DNA of 57,118 nt from a virus. Lineage: Duplodnaviria; Caudoviricetes. The notes beneath the pieces were generated by a model. The model was not told where the DNA came from. It worked only from the letters and a program-made list of their open reading frames with translations, and did no database searches. Positions 27,282 through 37,041 of the stretch are shown here, one piece after another. Where the stretch lies: IMG/VR virus record IMGVR_UViG_3300042934_001339, positions 1 through 57,118 of that record; one strand, given 5' to 3'. Every line of letters begins with the position of its first letter. The stretch's first letter is position 1. The position numbers and the translations under genes are program-made.

Positions 27282-28580
27282 TCAGGTGTTGAGGTTGACG
27301 ACGGTGTCGAGCACCATCACGCCGTGGTCCGTCGGGATCTTGTTGCCGCGCGCGTCGGGAACGGAGAAGCGTAGCTTGGCCTTGCCGCACATGACTTCAC
27401 CCGCCACTTCGAGGTTGCGCTCGAAGTTGTAGCGGTTCTCCATCCAGTTGGCGTAGGTGTCGGAACCCTGGTTCTTGCCGTAGACGTGGGCAAGCGCCTG
27501 CGCGCCCAGCAACATGCCGCGATCGACGCTGTAGCCCGGCTGGAGGGCCGGGATCGTGACGGAGGCCTCGGCGGCCGTGGCCTGGCCGGCCTGAGTGCAG
27601 TACTGAACCGAATCGCCCGGGTTCAAGCGAATGGCACGGTCCATCTTGCGCACCAGGATGTTGTGCCAGATGCCGGCCTCGCCCGTGAACAGGGGGTGCT
27701 TCTTGGGGCCGGTGAACGACGACGCGCGGTTCCAGGCGTTCTGCAGGAACGTGCGCCATTGCAGGCTATTGGCCGCGGTGTTGGTCAGGATGCTCTGCCA
27801 CATGCGGTTCGTGACCAGCAACAGGTACAGCGGCTCGTCGTCGGCAGCTGCGTCGCCCGCGATCTTGATCGGCTGGAGCTTGAACTCCATGTCGTCAATG
27901 ATCGCGCCCAGATGGTCCAGGTGCTCCAGCTTGAACGTGTCCGTGGTGTCGATCGAGCCCAGACCCTGGCCGCCCTGCACTAGCGACGTGCCGTCGGCCA
28001 CCCAGTGGCGGTTGTAGGTCGGCGCCTTGACGGGGTTGATCATGATTTCGCCGAAATCGGGATCGTTCGCCATGGGCACCACCCAGTCCGTGCCCACTTG
28101 CGAACCGCGCGTGCCCGCCAGGTGCACGATCGTGGACTGGTCGTTGAAGCGGCGGAACCAGCCCTGCAGGTTCGCCATCGCCAGGCCGCGCAGGTTGTGC
28201 ACCGTGCGCTGTTGGGTCATCTTGCCGCCGGCGTCGACCACCTTCGTGGCCAGGTCGATGCGGATGTCCATGCTGGACATATCCAGGCGCTCGCCTTTGC
28301 CCTCGGCCTGCTTGTCCCCCATGATCGGCTTGCCGCCGGTCTGGTTGATGAGGTCGACGCTCACCTGGTCGCCCTGCGACTTCGTCAGGTCGGTCACGCG
28401 GACCAAGGGCATATCCGGGCTGGTCTGGCCTTTCAGCTTCGCCTCGGCCGCCGACTGCTTCGGCGCCGCGCCCGTCAGGTTGTTCATCAACGAAGGCTGA
28501 CGTTGGGTATTGGCGAACAGCGCCGCGCCGAAAACTTTGCGCGCGAGCGGCGAGCCAACGGGAACAGTAGTTTGGGACAT
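27282..28580 (-). CDS. Major capsid protein, N4-gp56 family (DUF4043)
   Basis: 432 aa; DLTKSQGDQV, EGKGERL, HPLFTG, LLGAQAL, DHGV motifs. Confidence 0.88.
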   Translation of the reverse strand: MSQTTVPVGSPLARKVFGAALFANTQRQPSLMNNLTGAAPKQSAAEAKLKGQTSPDMPLVRVTDLTKSQGDQVSVDLINQTGGKPIMGDKQAEGKGERLDMSSMDIRIDLATKVVDAGGKMTQQRTVHNLRGLAMANLQGWFRRFNDQSTIVHLAGTRGSQVGTDWVVPMANDPDFGEIMINPVKAPTYNRHWVADGTSLVQGGQGLGSIDTTDTFKLEHLDHLGAIIDDMEFKLQPIKIAGDAAADDEPLYLLLVTNRMWQSILTNTAANSLQWRTFLQNAWNRASSFTGPKKHPLFTGEAGIWHNILVRKMDRAIRLNPGDSVQYCTQAGQATAAEASVTIPALQPGYSVDRGMLLGAQALAHVYGKNQGSDTYANWMENRYNFERNLEVAGEVMCGKAKLRFSVPDARGNKIPTDHGVMVLDTVVNLNT

Positions 28581-28601
28581 ATTGCCTCCAGTTCGTGGGA
28601 T

Positions 28602-29651
28602 TTACGAAGAGAGGCGCGCCAGCTGCGCTTCGATTTCGTCCGGCGACAGATTCATGAAATGGTCCGTCAGGGCGCTGCCCGACAGGGCCGTCATGGCGTC
28701 GGTCGCGGACGCGGCGGCCGGCTGGCCACCAGGGATATCGGAAAGCGTGGAAGGCCCCGATGCTTCGGCGGTCGCTTTCGCGACGGCGCTCGCAACGCGT
28801 GCGGCTTGATCGGCTGGCTGCTGCGCCGGGGCCGCCTTGGCCTGGCCGGGCAGCTCGATCGCGCCGTTCTCGGCTTCGTACATACGGAGCGCCGCATCGA
28901 ACCGCTCGGAGAGCGGCTTGTCCTTCCATGCCGGCTTGGCGCGCAGCATGGTGTCGATGGCGGCGACTTCGTTGAACTCGGCCGGGGCGGTGGCACGGAG
29001 ATGGGCAAGCTTGGGAATGGACTGGATGGTGTCCTCGACGGACACCAGCGCTTGCACCTGCTGTTCGCGCCGCGTGGTTTCGGCTTCCTCGGCGGCGGGC
29101 CGGCCGGCGTCCACCTGATCGCTCAGGCGCTTGGCCAGGGCGATCAGGTTGTCCATCCGGCTAGCGACGTCGGGAGCTTCTTCGCGCAACTGTTCCAGCA
29201 GCTGCTCGTCGACGATCTCGTTCAGATCAAGCGACTTGGTCGCCTTGCCCTGTTGGGCGGCGGCCTGGTCCAGTTCCAGCTTCGCGGTCAGATCTCGCAC
29301 CATCTGCTCAGCGCGGATAGCGCGCTCGCGCTCCTGCTGCAGCACCTGGTACGGAATGACGTGCTTGCCGTCCTTCGCCTGCACAACGGCGTCGCCCTGC
29401 TCTGTAGCAGCGGTGGCTTCCTGTTGCTTCACCCCCTCACCGGTGCCGGGCGCAGCACCGCTGGTATCGCCCTGGGGTTTGGCGCCGCCGGCGTTGGCCG
29501 CGGCGTCATCGGCACCCGATTCCTGGCCGCCGGCGGTGGCGTCTTGCCCACCGACCAGTGCCGCCAGGTCGTCGTCCGTCATGCTGAGGGGGTCGCGCAA
29601 GACCGCATCGAGGTTGTCGATGGGGTTGTCCGTCGTGTTTTCCGTGCTCAT
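28602..29651 (-). CDS. Capsid scaffolding protein
   Basis: Acidic Ala-rich coiled coil, KDGKHVIPY motif, between portal and capsid. Confidence 0.72.
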   Translation of the reverse strand: MSTENTTDNPIDNLDAVLRDPLSMTDDDLAALVGGQDATAGGQESGADDAAANAGGAKPQGDTSGAAPGTGEGVKQQEATAATEQGDAVVQAKDGKHVIPYQVLQQERERAIRAEQMVRDLTAKLELDQAAAQQGKATKSLDLNEIVDEQLLEQLREEAPDVASRMDNLIALAKRLSDQVDAGRPAAEEAETTRREQQVQALVSVEDTIQSIPKLAHLRATAPAEFNEVAAIDTMLRAKPAWKDKPLSERFDAALRMYEAENGAIELPGQAKAAPAQQPADQAARVASAVAKATAEASGPSTLSDIPGGQPAAASATDAMTALSGSALTDHFMNLSPDEIEAQLARLSS

Positions 29652-29695
29652 GTCTTCCTGCTCCTAGTTCTCGGATAGGTCCGTGGGTTGAAACG

Positions 29696-29726
29696 AAAAA
29701 GCCCCCAACGATTTCTCGGCGGGGGC
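29696..29726 (-). terminator. Intrinsic terminator after the portal gene
   Basis: GCCCCC...GGGGGC stem followed by a T run on the minus strand. Confidence 0.7.
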
Positions 29727-29772
29727 CTGTGGAGTGCCCGTGTCCCTGGGCGGGGAAATTCGTGTCGGCGCG

Positions 29773-32049
29773 CTAAGCGGCTCGGGGCTGGCGCGTGCCC
29801 AAGCGCTCGAGCACCTGGTCCACCTCATCCGTCAGCTGCTGGAACCGCTCCTGCATCTGTGCGCCGCCCGTCTGGGCCTCGGCGCGGATGCGGGCGCGCT
29901 CCGTTTCGGCTTCTTCGTGCATGGCGGTCTGCTGCAGGCGGGTCTGCCATTCGGACGTGCGATCGGCCAGCTGCTGTCGCAGCGCCTGCATTTCGCTTTC
30001 ATAGCGCGCCAGCGCGCCGTCCACCTGGCCCACCGTGTCGGCGTCGCCGGCGGCGCCCGCTTCCCGGCGAATGCGCTCGGCCTCGGCCAGCAGCTTTTCG
30101 GCGCGGGCCTGCCGCTCGGCGATCTTGGATTGCGCGTCCTGCATCGCGGCCTGGGCCTGAGCGTTCGCGGCTTCATCTGCCTGCTTCTTGGCCGCCTGCG
30201 CCTCTGGCGAGTTCGGGTCGGCCTGGATGCCCAGCTGCGCGCGAAGGAATGCCGCCATTTCCTTACGCTTGCCGAAGTCGGACATTTCAAGTGCGAAAGG
30301 AATCAGCAGCGCCTGCATGTTCGGCGGCATGGATTTCAGGATCTCCGAGAACGCGGCGAACTGCTGAGCGCGGTACGTGGGCGTGCTCGGCACGTCGGAC
30401 AGCGCCACCTTGACCGGCGCCGTCTGCACGTCGTTCTCCTTGTAGGGCTCCCCGGTGACGGGATCCTTGCGAGGAATGTTCACCACCACCTTACGTTTGA
30501 CCGTCCCGTTGTCCACCAGGATTTCGGCCTGGCTGGTCATGTCCTCTTTGATGAGGTCCAGCAACGCGTTACCCACGCCGCGCCGAGCCACCCGGTAGTT
30601 GTCGTTGATCTTGGCCAGCGTGGTGACGCCCTGCTCTACCAGCGACTGGATGGCCAGGCCGGAACTGGCGTTCGACTGCTGGCCCATCATGGCCGCGTAC
30701 ACGCCCGCGGCTTCCTGGATCGCCTGCTTGCGCTCCTGCATGATCTGGAACTGCTGCTGCGACAGCTCGAAGTTGCTTTCGACCTTGATGTTGCCCTTGG
30801 CCGCCCTGGGATTCGTGACGATAAAGGCGTCCGCCCGGCCTAGCTCGCGATTGGCGTCGCTCATCGTGTTGTACTTCTCGTCCAGAGCGTCCGAGTCGAT
30901 GAACGTACGGCGGCTGTTGAGCAGCCACATCATGCGAGCGGCGCGGGCGTTGACCTCGTCCTGGGGCGACAGCATGGCGCGGATGATCCCGTAGGGCACG
31001 CCCGTCAGGTCCTCGCGGTATCCGAAGAACGGGACGTACGGGAACCTGCGACGGTTGGAGCCCCTGTCCAGCACGCGGATCGGGCCGATGTGGAAGGCGC
31101 AGCGAATCTTGTCGTAGACCGCCAGCTTGGGCTGCACAGCGCCGGACGCGACCAGCGCGCGATGAACCTGGTTCTGCTCGTTGAACTCCAGCGTCCGGCC
31201 GCCGGGCAGCGCCAGCACCAGGCCGCGCACCCAGACCCGGTACCAGACCTCAAAGCACGTCACCACGCGGCGCTCAACGTCGCGCCAGTCCAGGTCATCC
31301 CAGGTCGTGCGCGTGCCCTGCCCGAGGGAATTGAAGAAGTCCGCGGACATGCGGGCTTCGTTCGTCAGGTGATCCGTCCAGTCCCGCCAGTTGGAGGCGG
31401 CCAGGATCATTTCCCGGTGCTCAGGAAAGAACGCGGCGATGTGGTCGGCGTCGTACCGCTTCTTGCGCACCACGTACCGCGCGTCGCTCCAATCCAGAGC
31501 TCGGCTGCGCCAGTCCCAGTAAATCTCCGACCGCGGCACGCTCGTCACGCGGTACGGGTAGTTGAACGGGTTGCTATTGCGGGAGACCTCGACGACGCCG
31601 AACCCAGCCTTGATCTGGCTGGCGTATGCGTCGGACGTGGCCGTATCCGCCTGGGCTTCGCGTTCCGTCTCGTGCATCTTGGCCGAAAGCGCCTCGGCGA
31701 CGTCCTGGTACCGGTCATCGTCGGCGCCCACGCGCCAGTCGGTCCTGGTCTTGGCTTCCATGCCGAGCACGGCATTCACCGTCGGCTGGATGAGATTGGT
31801 GACCAACGGCCCCAAGCCCTTCTCGTCCAGGCGCGCCAGCGTCTCCGCGTCCAGCTGGTTGCCGTCGTAGTAGTCGCAGGCCTTGTCCGCCTCGCGGCGC
31901 CAGCTGGGCTGATCGCGGATCTCGTCCAGCCAGCGTTCGAGCTGGGACACGGACAGCGCGCCGGGCTCGGCCGGCGCCTGATCGCGGGCGTGCGCAGTCG
32001 CGCCGTCGCTGCCATCGAGGAGGCGAAAGCCGGTAACGGAAGTGTTCAT
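29773..32049 (-). CDS. Portal protein, P22-like
   Basis: 758 aa; YYDGNQ, N.IQP.VN.VLG.E, FPYVPF, PYG.IR.M.SPQDEVN, SG.AI; C-terminal helical barrel. Confidence 0.9.
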   Translation of the reverse strand: MNTSVTGFRLLDGSDGATAHARDQAPAEPGALSVSQLERWLDEIRDQPSWRREADKACDYYDGNQLDAETLARLDEKGLGPLVTNLIQPTVNAVLGMEAKTRTDWRVGADDDRYQDVAEALSAKMHETEREAQADTATSDAYASQIKAGFGVVEVSRNSNPFNYPYRVTSVPRSEIYWDWRSRALDWSDARYVVRKKRYDADHIAAFFPEHREMILAASNWRDWTDHLTNEARMSADFFNSLGQGTRTTWDDLDWRDVERRVVTCFEVWYRVWVRGLVLALPGGRTLEFNEQNQVHRALVASGAVQPKLAVYDKIRCAFHIGPIRVLDRGSNRRRFPYVPFFGYREDLTGVPYGIIRAMLSPQDEVNARAARMMWLLNSRRTFIDSDALDEKYNTMSDANRELGRADAFIVTNPRAAKGNIKVESNFELSQQQFQIMQERKQAIQEAAGVYAAMMGQQSNASSGLAIQSLVEQGVTTLAKINDNYRVARRGVGNALLDLIKEDMTSQAEILVDNGTVKRKVVVNIPRKDPVTGEPYKENDVQTAPVKVALSDVPSTPTYRAQQFAAFSEILKSMPPNMQALLIPFALEMSDFGKRKEMAAFLRAQLGIQADPNSPEAQAAKKQADEAANAQAQAAMQDAQSKIAERQARAEKLLAEAERIRREAGAAGDADTVGQVDGALARYESEMQALRQQLADRTSEWQTRLQQTAMHEEAETERARIRAEAQTGGAQMQERFQQLTDEVDQVLERLGTRQPRAA

Positions 32050-33452
32050 GCGCGCCAGGATTCCCGGTGTCGTTTGAAGTTTGAGGGCACGTTGTTGACT
32101 GCGAAGCGGAGGGACATCACGGCGTAGCGCGATGCGGATATGACGTCGTCGTCAATCTTGACGATGGCGCCGTCCTTGCGGTGATAGGTGCGGTACTCGG
32201 AAAGCCACAGCTCCAGGTGCGAAAACACCTTGAACCGGCCGGTCATCATTCGGTCCAGCATGATCTGGATGCCTGCTTCCACGCCGTTCGACCCGTCCTC
32301 AAACTGTGCGCGCTCGGGCAGCATCGCTACTTCCTGTGCCAGGTAGGCATCCCGCATCGGAATGCCAGTGTCCTTCTGCGCCTGCAGGGCATCATGCGGC
32401 CATGCAACCGGGATCCACTTGCCGCGCGCCTTGATGGCGCTGGCGTGCACGGACACCGGCTGCTTTCTCTCAGCGTAGACGTCGTAGACGTAGACGATAT
32501 CGGCGTCCAGGTTGTGCGCCAGCCAGGCGCCGGCCGTCGGGTGGTCCCAGCCAAGATCCAGGCCGCAGATGCGCGGCCAGCTATCCGGGATGTTGAACGG
32601 CGGCACCACGATGCTGGATTCCGGCACCGGGAACACCGCGCCAGAGCCCAGGACCGGCTTGCCGTAGGCGCGCGCCTCGCGCTCGTGGTCCGGATAGCTG
32701 GCCAGAATCGCGTCGGCCTGCTCGCGGGTGTAGTGCTCGGCATCGTAGATGCCCATGAACACCACGACCGTGCCGGTGTGCTTGTCGATCAGGAACCGCT
32801 TGACGGTCGCCGACATGCCCATCAGGGGCGTGAAAGTCATGTACACCGGGCCCAACGTCGTGTTGGTACGGGTGATGGCCTCCATGTAGATGTCGTGCGG
32901 CGGTTCCTCGTCCAGCCATACGAAATCGAGCGTTTCCGCCTGGAACTTCGCCCGGCCCTGCTCGTAGTTCCGAAAGCCCAGCACGCTCTCACCGGCCTGC
33001 ACGTCGCCGCCGCCACCGTGGCGCACCACGATCATGGACACCGCGCCCGGCACACCCGCAAGCGGCGCCACTTCCTTGATGGCATCGGCCGGTATGGCGC
33101 CGGTGCCGCGATCGCTCTCGACACCAGGACGGCCCAGCAACAGGCGCTGCATACCGTCTCGAGTCAGCGCCGCAGACACCGACGCCGCCCAGCCCGCCGT
33201 GGGCTTCTGGAAAACCTTGCCTTCCCACCAGTCCGGGTAGCGCCCGGTCAGGTGCATGGCCGTCTCGTACGCGCCCGAGTACGTCTTGCCCAGCTGGTTG
33301 CCGGCAGAAAAAAGGCGCTCGCGGTATGCGGCGCCCTGGGCGTGGAACTCCCTCTGTTTCGCGTAAGGCCGGTAGTACTTGAGCCGGTTGCGCTTGGCGC
33401 GCCAGGCACGCTCCTGCAGTGCCCGGGCCAACATCACGCGCGGATTGGACAT
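32046..33452 (-). CDS. terL: Terminase large subunit
   Basis: Walker A AGNQLGKT, Walker B WLDEEPP, TFTP, GLDLGWDHP, DDVISASRY. Confidence 0.95.
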   Translation of the reverse strand: MSNPRVMLARALQERAWRAKRNRLKYYRPYAKQREFHAQGAAYRERLFSAGNQLGKTYSGAYETAMHLTGRYPDWWEGKVFQKPTAGWAASVSAALTRDGMQRLLLGRPGVESDRGTGAIPADAIKEVAPLAGVPGAVSMIVVRHGGGGDVQAGESVLGFRNYEQGRAKFQAETLDFVWLDEEPPHDIYMEAITRTNTTLGPVYMTFTPLMGMSATVKRFLIDKHTGTVVVFMGIYDAEHYTREQADAILASYPDHEREARAYGKPVLGSGAVFPVPESSIVVPPFNIPDSWPRICGLDLGWDHPTAGAWLAHNLDADIVYVYDVYAERKQPVSVHASAIKARGKWIPVAWPHDALQAQKDTGIPMRDAYLAQEVAMLPERAQFEDGSNGVEAGIQIMLDRMMTGRFKVFSHLELWLSEYRTYHRKDGAIVKIDDDVISASRYAVMSLRFAVNNVPSNFKRHRESWRA

Positions 33453-34168
33453 CAGTGCATCGTGGGTCCCGAGCCGGCCGCGCGCAGCTGGGCGAGAACC
33501 TTTTCCACCGGAACGCCTTCGGCCTGGGCGATTTCCTGGGCAGCTTGCGCGATCGCGGCATCCAGCTCGGCGTCAGACTTCTTGTCCAAGTCGCCCACCC
33601 GCAGTTCCTTGCGCTCGACGAACATGCCCAGGTGACGCCCGATCAGCTCCAGGTTGGGCGTCTTGGGTGCCAGCTTGAGCGTGAAGTTGCCGTTGCGGTC
33701 CCAGGACCAGCCAACTACACAGCGCCGCACCTGCTCCGGCAGCAGCTTCAAGTCACGCGGGCTGGTGATGTCGCGCACCTCGCCGGAGACGGGATCGGTG
33801 ACCACCAGGTCGGCGGGATCGTAGAAGCCCATCGCCACCCATTCCTCGAGCACGCGCTTGGCGGTGACCTCCAGCTGCGCCGAAAGCTTGTCGCGCATGG
33901 CCTGCACCGCAGCGGCGACATTAGCCTGGGCTAGCAGGCGGGAAGCGCCGCTGACGGCTGCCGCGCCGCGCGCCGCGTAAACGGCCTCATACGCCTTTGT
34001 CTGGTTCGTGAAGCCGCCAGCGGCGAACTCCTCCAGGAAGCGCCGCTGCTGCGGCGACAACGGGCTATCCGCAGACACCACGCGACGTGCGGCGGTCGAC
34101 AGCGCGCGTTTCGAGCGCGCAGGTTTCTTCCGCGCCGGCTTCGACACAGTGGGATTGGACGGGGACAT
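33452..34168 (-). CDS. terS: Terminase small subunit
   Basis: QQRRFLEEF..N.TKAY...ASRLL..NV, LELIGRHLGMF. Confidence 0.9.
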   Translation of the reverse strand: MSPSNPTVSKPARKKPARSKRALSTAARRVVSADSPLSPQQRRFLEEFAAGGFTNQTKAYEAVYAARGAAAVSGASRLLAQANVAAAVQAMRDKLSAQLEVTAKRVLEEWVAMGFYDPADLVVTDPVSGEVRDITSPRDLKLLPEQVRRCVVGWSWDRNGNFTLKLAPKTPNLELIGRHLGMFVERKELRVGDLDKKSDAELDAAIAQAAQEIAQAEGVPVEKVLAQLRAAGSGPTMH

Positions 34169-34245
34169 GGAGATTGGCGCGTAACAGGTTGAAATACAAT
34201 CGCGTGCATTGCGCGTGGCCGCAGATCAACACTCAGGGGAAGGAG

Positions 34246-34956
34246 ATGGAGTTGGACGACGTTGCTGAAAAGGCCCGGCGAAACCTAATGATGGTGTCGA
34301 CGGGCATCCTCGCCGTGTGGGCGCTGGGCATACCGCTTGACGGAAAACTGGTCGGCGCCGTGAATCTCGCCACTGTCGCGCCATGGCGGGCATGGCTCTG
34401 CGTGACAATAGTTTTGGCCTACTTTGCAACTCGTTACTACTATGCTCCGGAGATCGAAAAGGCATGGAAGCCTTGGGCATCGCGTAGAAGAGCACACTTG
34501 GAAAATGCAATGAGCGGCGCCTTGAACTATCAAACCAGCGCAGAGTTCTTCCGCAAGCCGCCCCGTTTTGTCACGATCGATTGGCCCAAGCGCCCCGGCG
34601 AAGCGGCTTATCCTGTGGTCTCCAGCCACCCGCCTCTGCGTCGTCGGCGGAGCCAGTTCGAGTTCTACTGGGACGTGCCTGAGATGTATAAATCTCTTTC
34701 GAGTGATCATCCCGATCTGGTCGATACAAGCAATTACCCCAGCCCCGATCAAACTGCAAAGTTTCGCTTCCACTGGCGCTTCTATGCAAACACTCAATGG
34801 CAAGCATTCCGGCACGCATACAAGCTTTCCTGGGAGCTTTTGGAACTCAGTGTTCCATGGGGTGTAGCCTGTGCTGCCGCAATCGTCTGCCTCTGCAAAC
34901 TTGCCGTGAGCATCTACTACAGTTGGCCATTTGCCCGGGAGCTACTTTCCTCATGA
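34246..34956 (+). CDS. Membrane moron protein (3 TM), antisense within the late leader
   Basis: AGGAG RBS, TACAAT -10 at 34195-34200, lower GC, hydrophobic segments at both ends. Confidence 0.75.
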   Translation: MELDDVAEKARRNLMMVSTGILAVWALGIPLDGKLVGAVNLATVAPWRAWLCVTIVLAYFATRYYYAPEIEKAWKPWASRRRAHLENAMSGALNYQTSAEFFRKPPRFVTIDWPKRPGEAAYPVVSSHPPLRRRRSQFEFYWDVPEMYKSLSSDHPDLVDTSNYPSPDQTAKFRFHWRFYANTQWQAFRHAYKLSWELLELSVPWGVACAAAIVCLCKLAVSIYYSWPFARELLSS

Positions 34957-34988
34957 AAAAACCCCGCTCGGCATGCCGGCGGGGTCTT
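34956..34988 (-). terminator. tR'-like terminator
   Basis: ACCCCGC...GCGGGGT stem followed by a T run on the minus strand, just downstream of the late promoter. Confidence 0.8.
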
Positions 34989-35022
34989 AAGCGCACTGAT
35001 GACCAGTGACAGAATGAAGCGG

Positions 35023-35051
35023 ATTTTGCGGATGCAATCCGCAATTGTCAA
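35023..35051 (-). promoter_or_regulatory. pR'-like late promoter with palindromic spacer element
   Basis: TTGACA-N17-CAAAAT overlapping the Q-like stop; TTGCGGAT-GCA-ATCCGCAA at 35026-35044. Confidence 0.75.
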
Positions 35052-35677
35052 GCCGCGACCGCCAACTCGCCCACGATTTCGGCTTCGCGCAGCACGGCTT
35101 CGACCTGCTCCATGGCCTTGGCCTCCTCGCCCCTCTTCCCCTCGTCGAACTCGCCCCGCCCTTTCCGCACCAGGCGCGCGCCACGCAGCCAAAGCGTAAT
35201 TTTTCCGTTCTGGTCGGTGACGGTGCGCTCGCTGATGCCGGCCTTGCTCGCTAAATCCGCGAGCACGATTCGCGACCGGTTCGCCTTGGTGGCGAAATAC
35301 CGCATCACAAGGCCGTCACGGACTACGCGGTGCACGACGTGTCCCGCCAGCACCCCGGCACCCATGGCGGCGTCAGACACAACGCGGACGGCTTGCAACC
35401 ACTCAGCATTCCAGACTGCGCTGCGGCAGCAAGGGCACGGCGTGGTTTGAGGCAAGAATGCCGCCTCGAGGATTCGCTGATGCAGCGGCGACAGCACCTG
35501 CAGCTCGCGCAGGATAAAGCCCGCCTGTGCCGCGCCATCGACGCCGGCCAGGCCGCGGCCGGTGCGCGGCGAGCGATCGGCCATCTTCACCATGGCCGGC
35601 CTGTCCAACGTGCCGCTGGAGTAGTTGAAGGCGTACGTGAGCGCCTGGTGGGCACCCTTGAAAAGCGGTTCGGACAC
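35048..35677 (-). CDS. Putative late antiterminator (Q-like) DNA-binding protein
   Basis: AGGAG RBS with GTG start; CPCC motif, C-terminal HTH (LADLASKAGISERTV); last gene before the late promoter. Confidence 0.7.
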   Translation of the reverse strand: MSEPLFKGAHQALTYAFNYSSGTLDRPAMVKMADRSPRTGRGLAGVDGAAQAGFILRELQVLSPLHQRILEAAFLPQTTPCPCCRSAVWNAEWLQAVRVVSDAAMGAGVLAGHVVHRVVRDGLVMRYFATKANRSRIVLADLASKAGISERTVTDQNGKITLWLRGARLVRKGRGEFDEGKRGEEAKAMEQVEAVLREAEIVGELAVAA

Positions 35678-35732
35678 TGTGCGCTCCTGGCAATCGAGAA
35701 AAATTCGTGCGCCGGCCTGCCGGGCCAGCTGG

Positions 35733-36362
35733 TCATTCCTGGTCATGAAACCCGCCATTGCGAGGGCTTCGCGCGCCTGCCAGGCTCTGCACCGGCGGCT
35801 GGGCTTCGCCGACTCGCTCGAAGTTGAGGCCAAGGCGCGACGCGAAGGAAAGCGGCTTGCGGACGACCGCACCGGGCAGCACCTGCACCTGGCTGGCGTG
35901 CACGGGCGTGAGCGCCGGGACGTCGGGCGCCGGCGCGGGCGTGCTGCTGGCGCAGCTGCTACTGGCGCTGCTGGTGCTGGTGCTGGTGTTGCTGGTGTTG
36001 ATGCCGGCGCCGGCGGACGGCGTCTCGGCTGCGGCGGTGGACCCCGTGCTCAGCCACCGGGCATACGCCTCCGGCTTCGTCGCGCCTACGCCTATGCGCA
36101 TGGCGCTGACGCACTCCCACCATTCCGATCCCGCCGGGCGATCAGCCCACAAGCGCAACCGCGGGCGGATGACCCCAGGCGCTGCCGTCGGCGCGCTCCG
36201 GCTGCGCTTCTTCGACGACTCACCGCGCTGTCGGCGCTGCTCGGCCTGCACGATCTGCCAGACTCGCTCCGGGGTAATGCCAAACTCCAGGCCCAGGTCC
36301 GAAGGCCGCTCTCCAGCCAGCCGTCGGCGCGTAATTTCGGCGTTGCGTGCTGCAGTGCTCAT
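35733..36362 (-). CDS. HTH-containing hypothetical protein with Ser/Thr-rich linker
   Basis: DLGLEFGITPERVWQIV HTH; (GCTGGT)n repeat. Confidence 0.6.
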   Translation of the reverse strand: MSTAARNAEITRRRLAGERPSDLGLEFGITPERVWQIVQAEQRRQRGESSKKRSRSAPTAAPGVIRPRLRLWADRPAGSEWWECVSAMRIGVGATKPEAYARWLSTGSTAAAETPSAGAGINTSNTSTSTSSASSSCASSTPAPAPDVPALTPVHASQVQVLPGAVVRKPLSFASRLGLNFERVGEAQPPVQSLAGARSPRNGGFHDQE

Positions 36363-36817
36363 GCGCGCGCCTCCAGCCCCAGCGAGCTCTGGCCGGCATC
36401 AGCGCACACGCGGGAGATTTCCATCGCAACGCCGGGAATGGCCGCGTATCGCTTGCGCACGACCATATCCACGACTTGCGTGTCGTCATGCCAAACGACG
36501 CCGTTCAGCGCGTCGAAGATCGCCTTGATGACATTGTCCGCATCGGGCTTCTTGGTCGGATATTCCGTGCCAGCCAGCGCTGCCAACTGCTTGCGTTTCG
36601 GCCAGGATTGCGGGATAGGCAGCCTGATCTCCATGACCGTCAGCACCGGCCCCTCGAGCAGCAATCTGCCTGCCATGGCCTGGCGCGCTGTCAGCGCTAT
36701 GACGCCCTCGTAGCTGGCAGTTTTCTCGGGCGTGTACAGCTGGATGTGTTTGCCCCGGGCCGCAGCGCGCGGACGGCCTTTGCCCACAGGCACGCCGGGA
36801 ATGTCGAATTTCAGCAT
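36359..36817 (-). CDS. rusA: RusA family Holliday junction resolvase
   Basis: GKGRPR, KKPDADNVIKAIFDALNGVVWHDDTQV. Confidence 0.92.
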   Translation of the reverse strand: MLKFDIPGVPVGKGRPRAAARGKHIQLYTPEKTASYEGVIALTARQAMAGRLLLEGPVLTVMEIRLPIPQSWPKRKQLAALAGTEYPTKKPDADNVIKAIFDALNGVVWHDDTQVVDMVVRKRYAAIPGVAMEISRVCADAGQSSLGLEARA

Positions 36818-37041
36818 GTGGCTCCCTCGCTGCGCAGCTCGCGCAGCCATTCGATGCGCGCCGCCGTCTTCTCCGCCGGCGCAGGTTGATGGGTCCGGCA
36901 TTGCCGGGGAAATTCCGGGCTGACGAACGTGCCCGGTCGGTCGGTCATGTCGAGGCACCGGCCCAGGCCTTGCGCGGCCATGCCGGCGTGGTGGCGCAGC
37001 GTGAAGCGCTCGCAGGCAACGCATTGAACGGCGGCCGTCAT
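36811..37041 (-). CDS. Small Cys-containing hypothetical protein
   Basis: MTAAVQCVAC...GRC...QC; coupled on both sides. Confidence 0.6.
   Translation of the reverse strand: MTAAVQCVACERFTLRHHAGMAAQGLGRCLDMTDRPGTFVSPEFPRQCRTHQPAPAEKTAARIEWLRELRSEGATC

Noticed and set aside
28005-29678. Long antisense ORFs over capsid/scaffold (likewise 32181-33635, 48479-50074, 51233-52867)
   Set aside because: Shadow frames expected at high GC, with no motifs.
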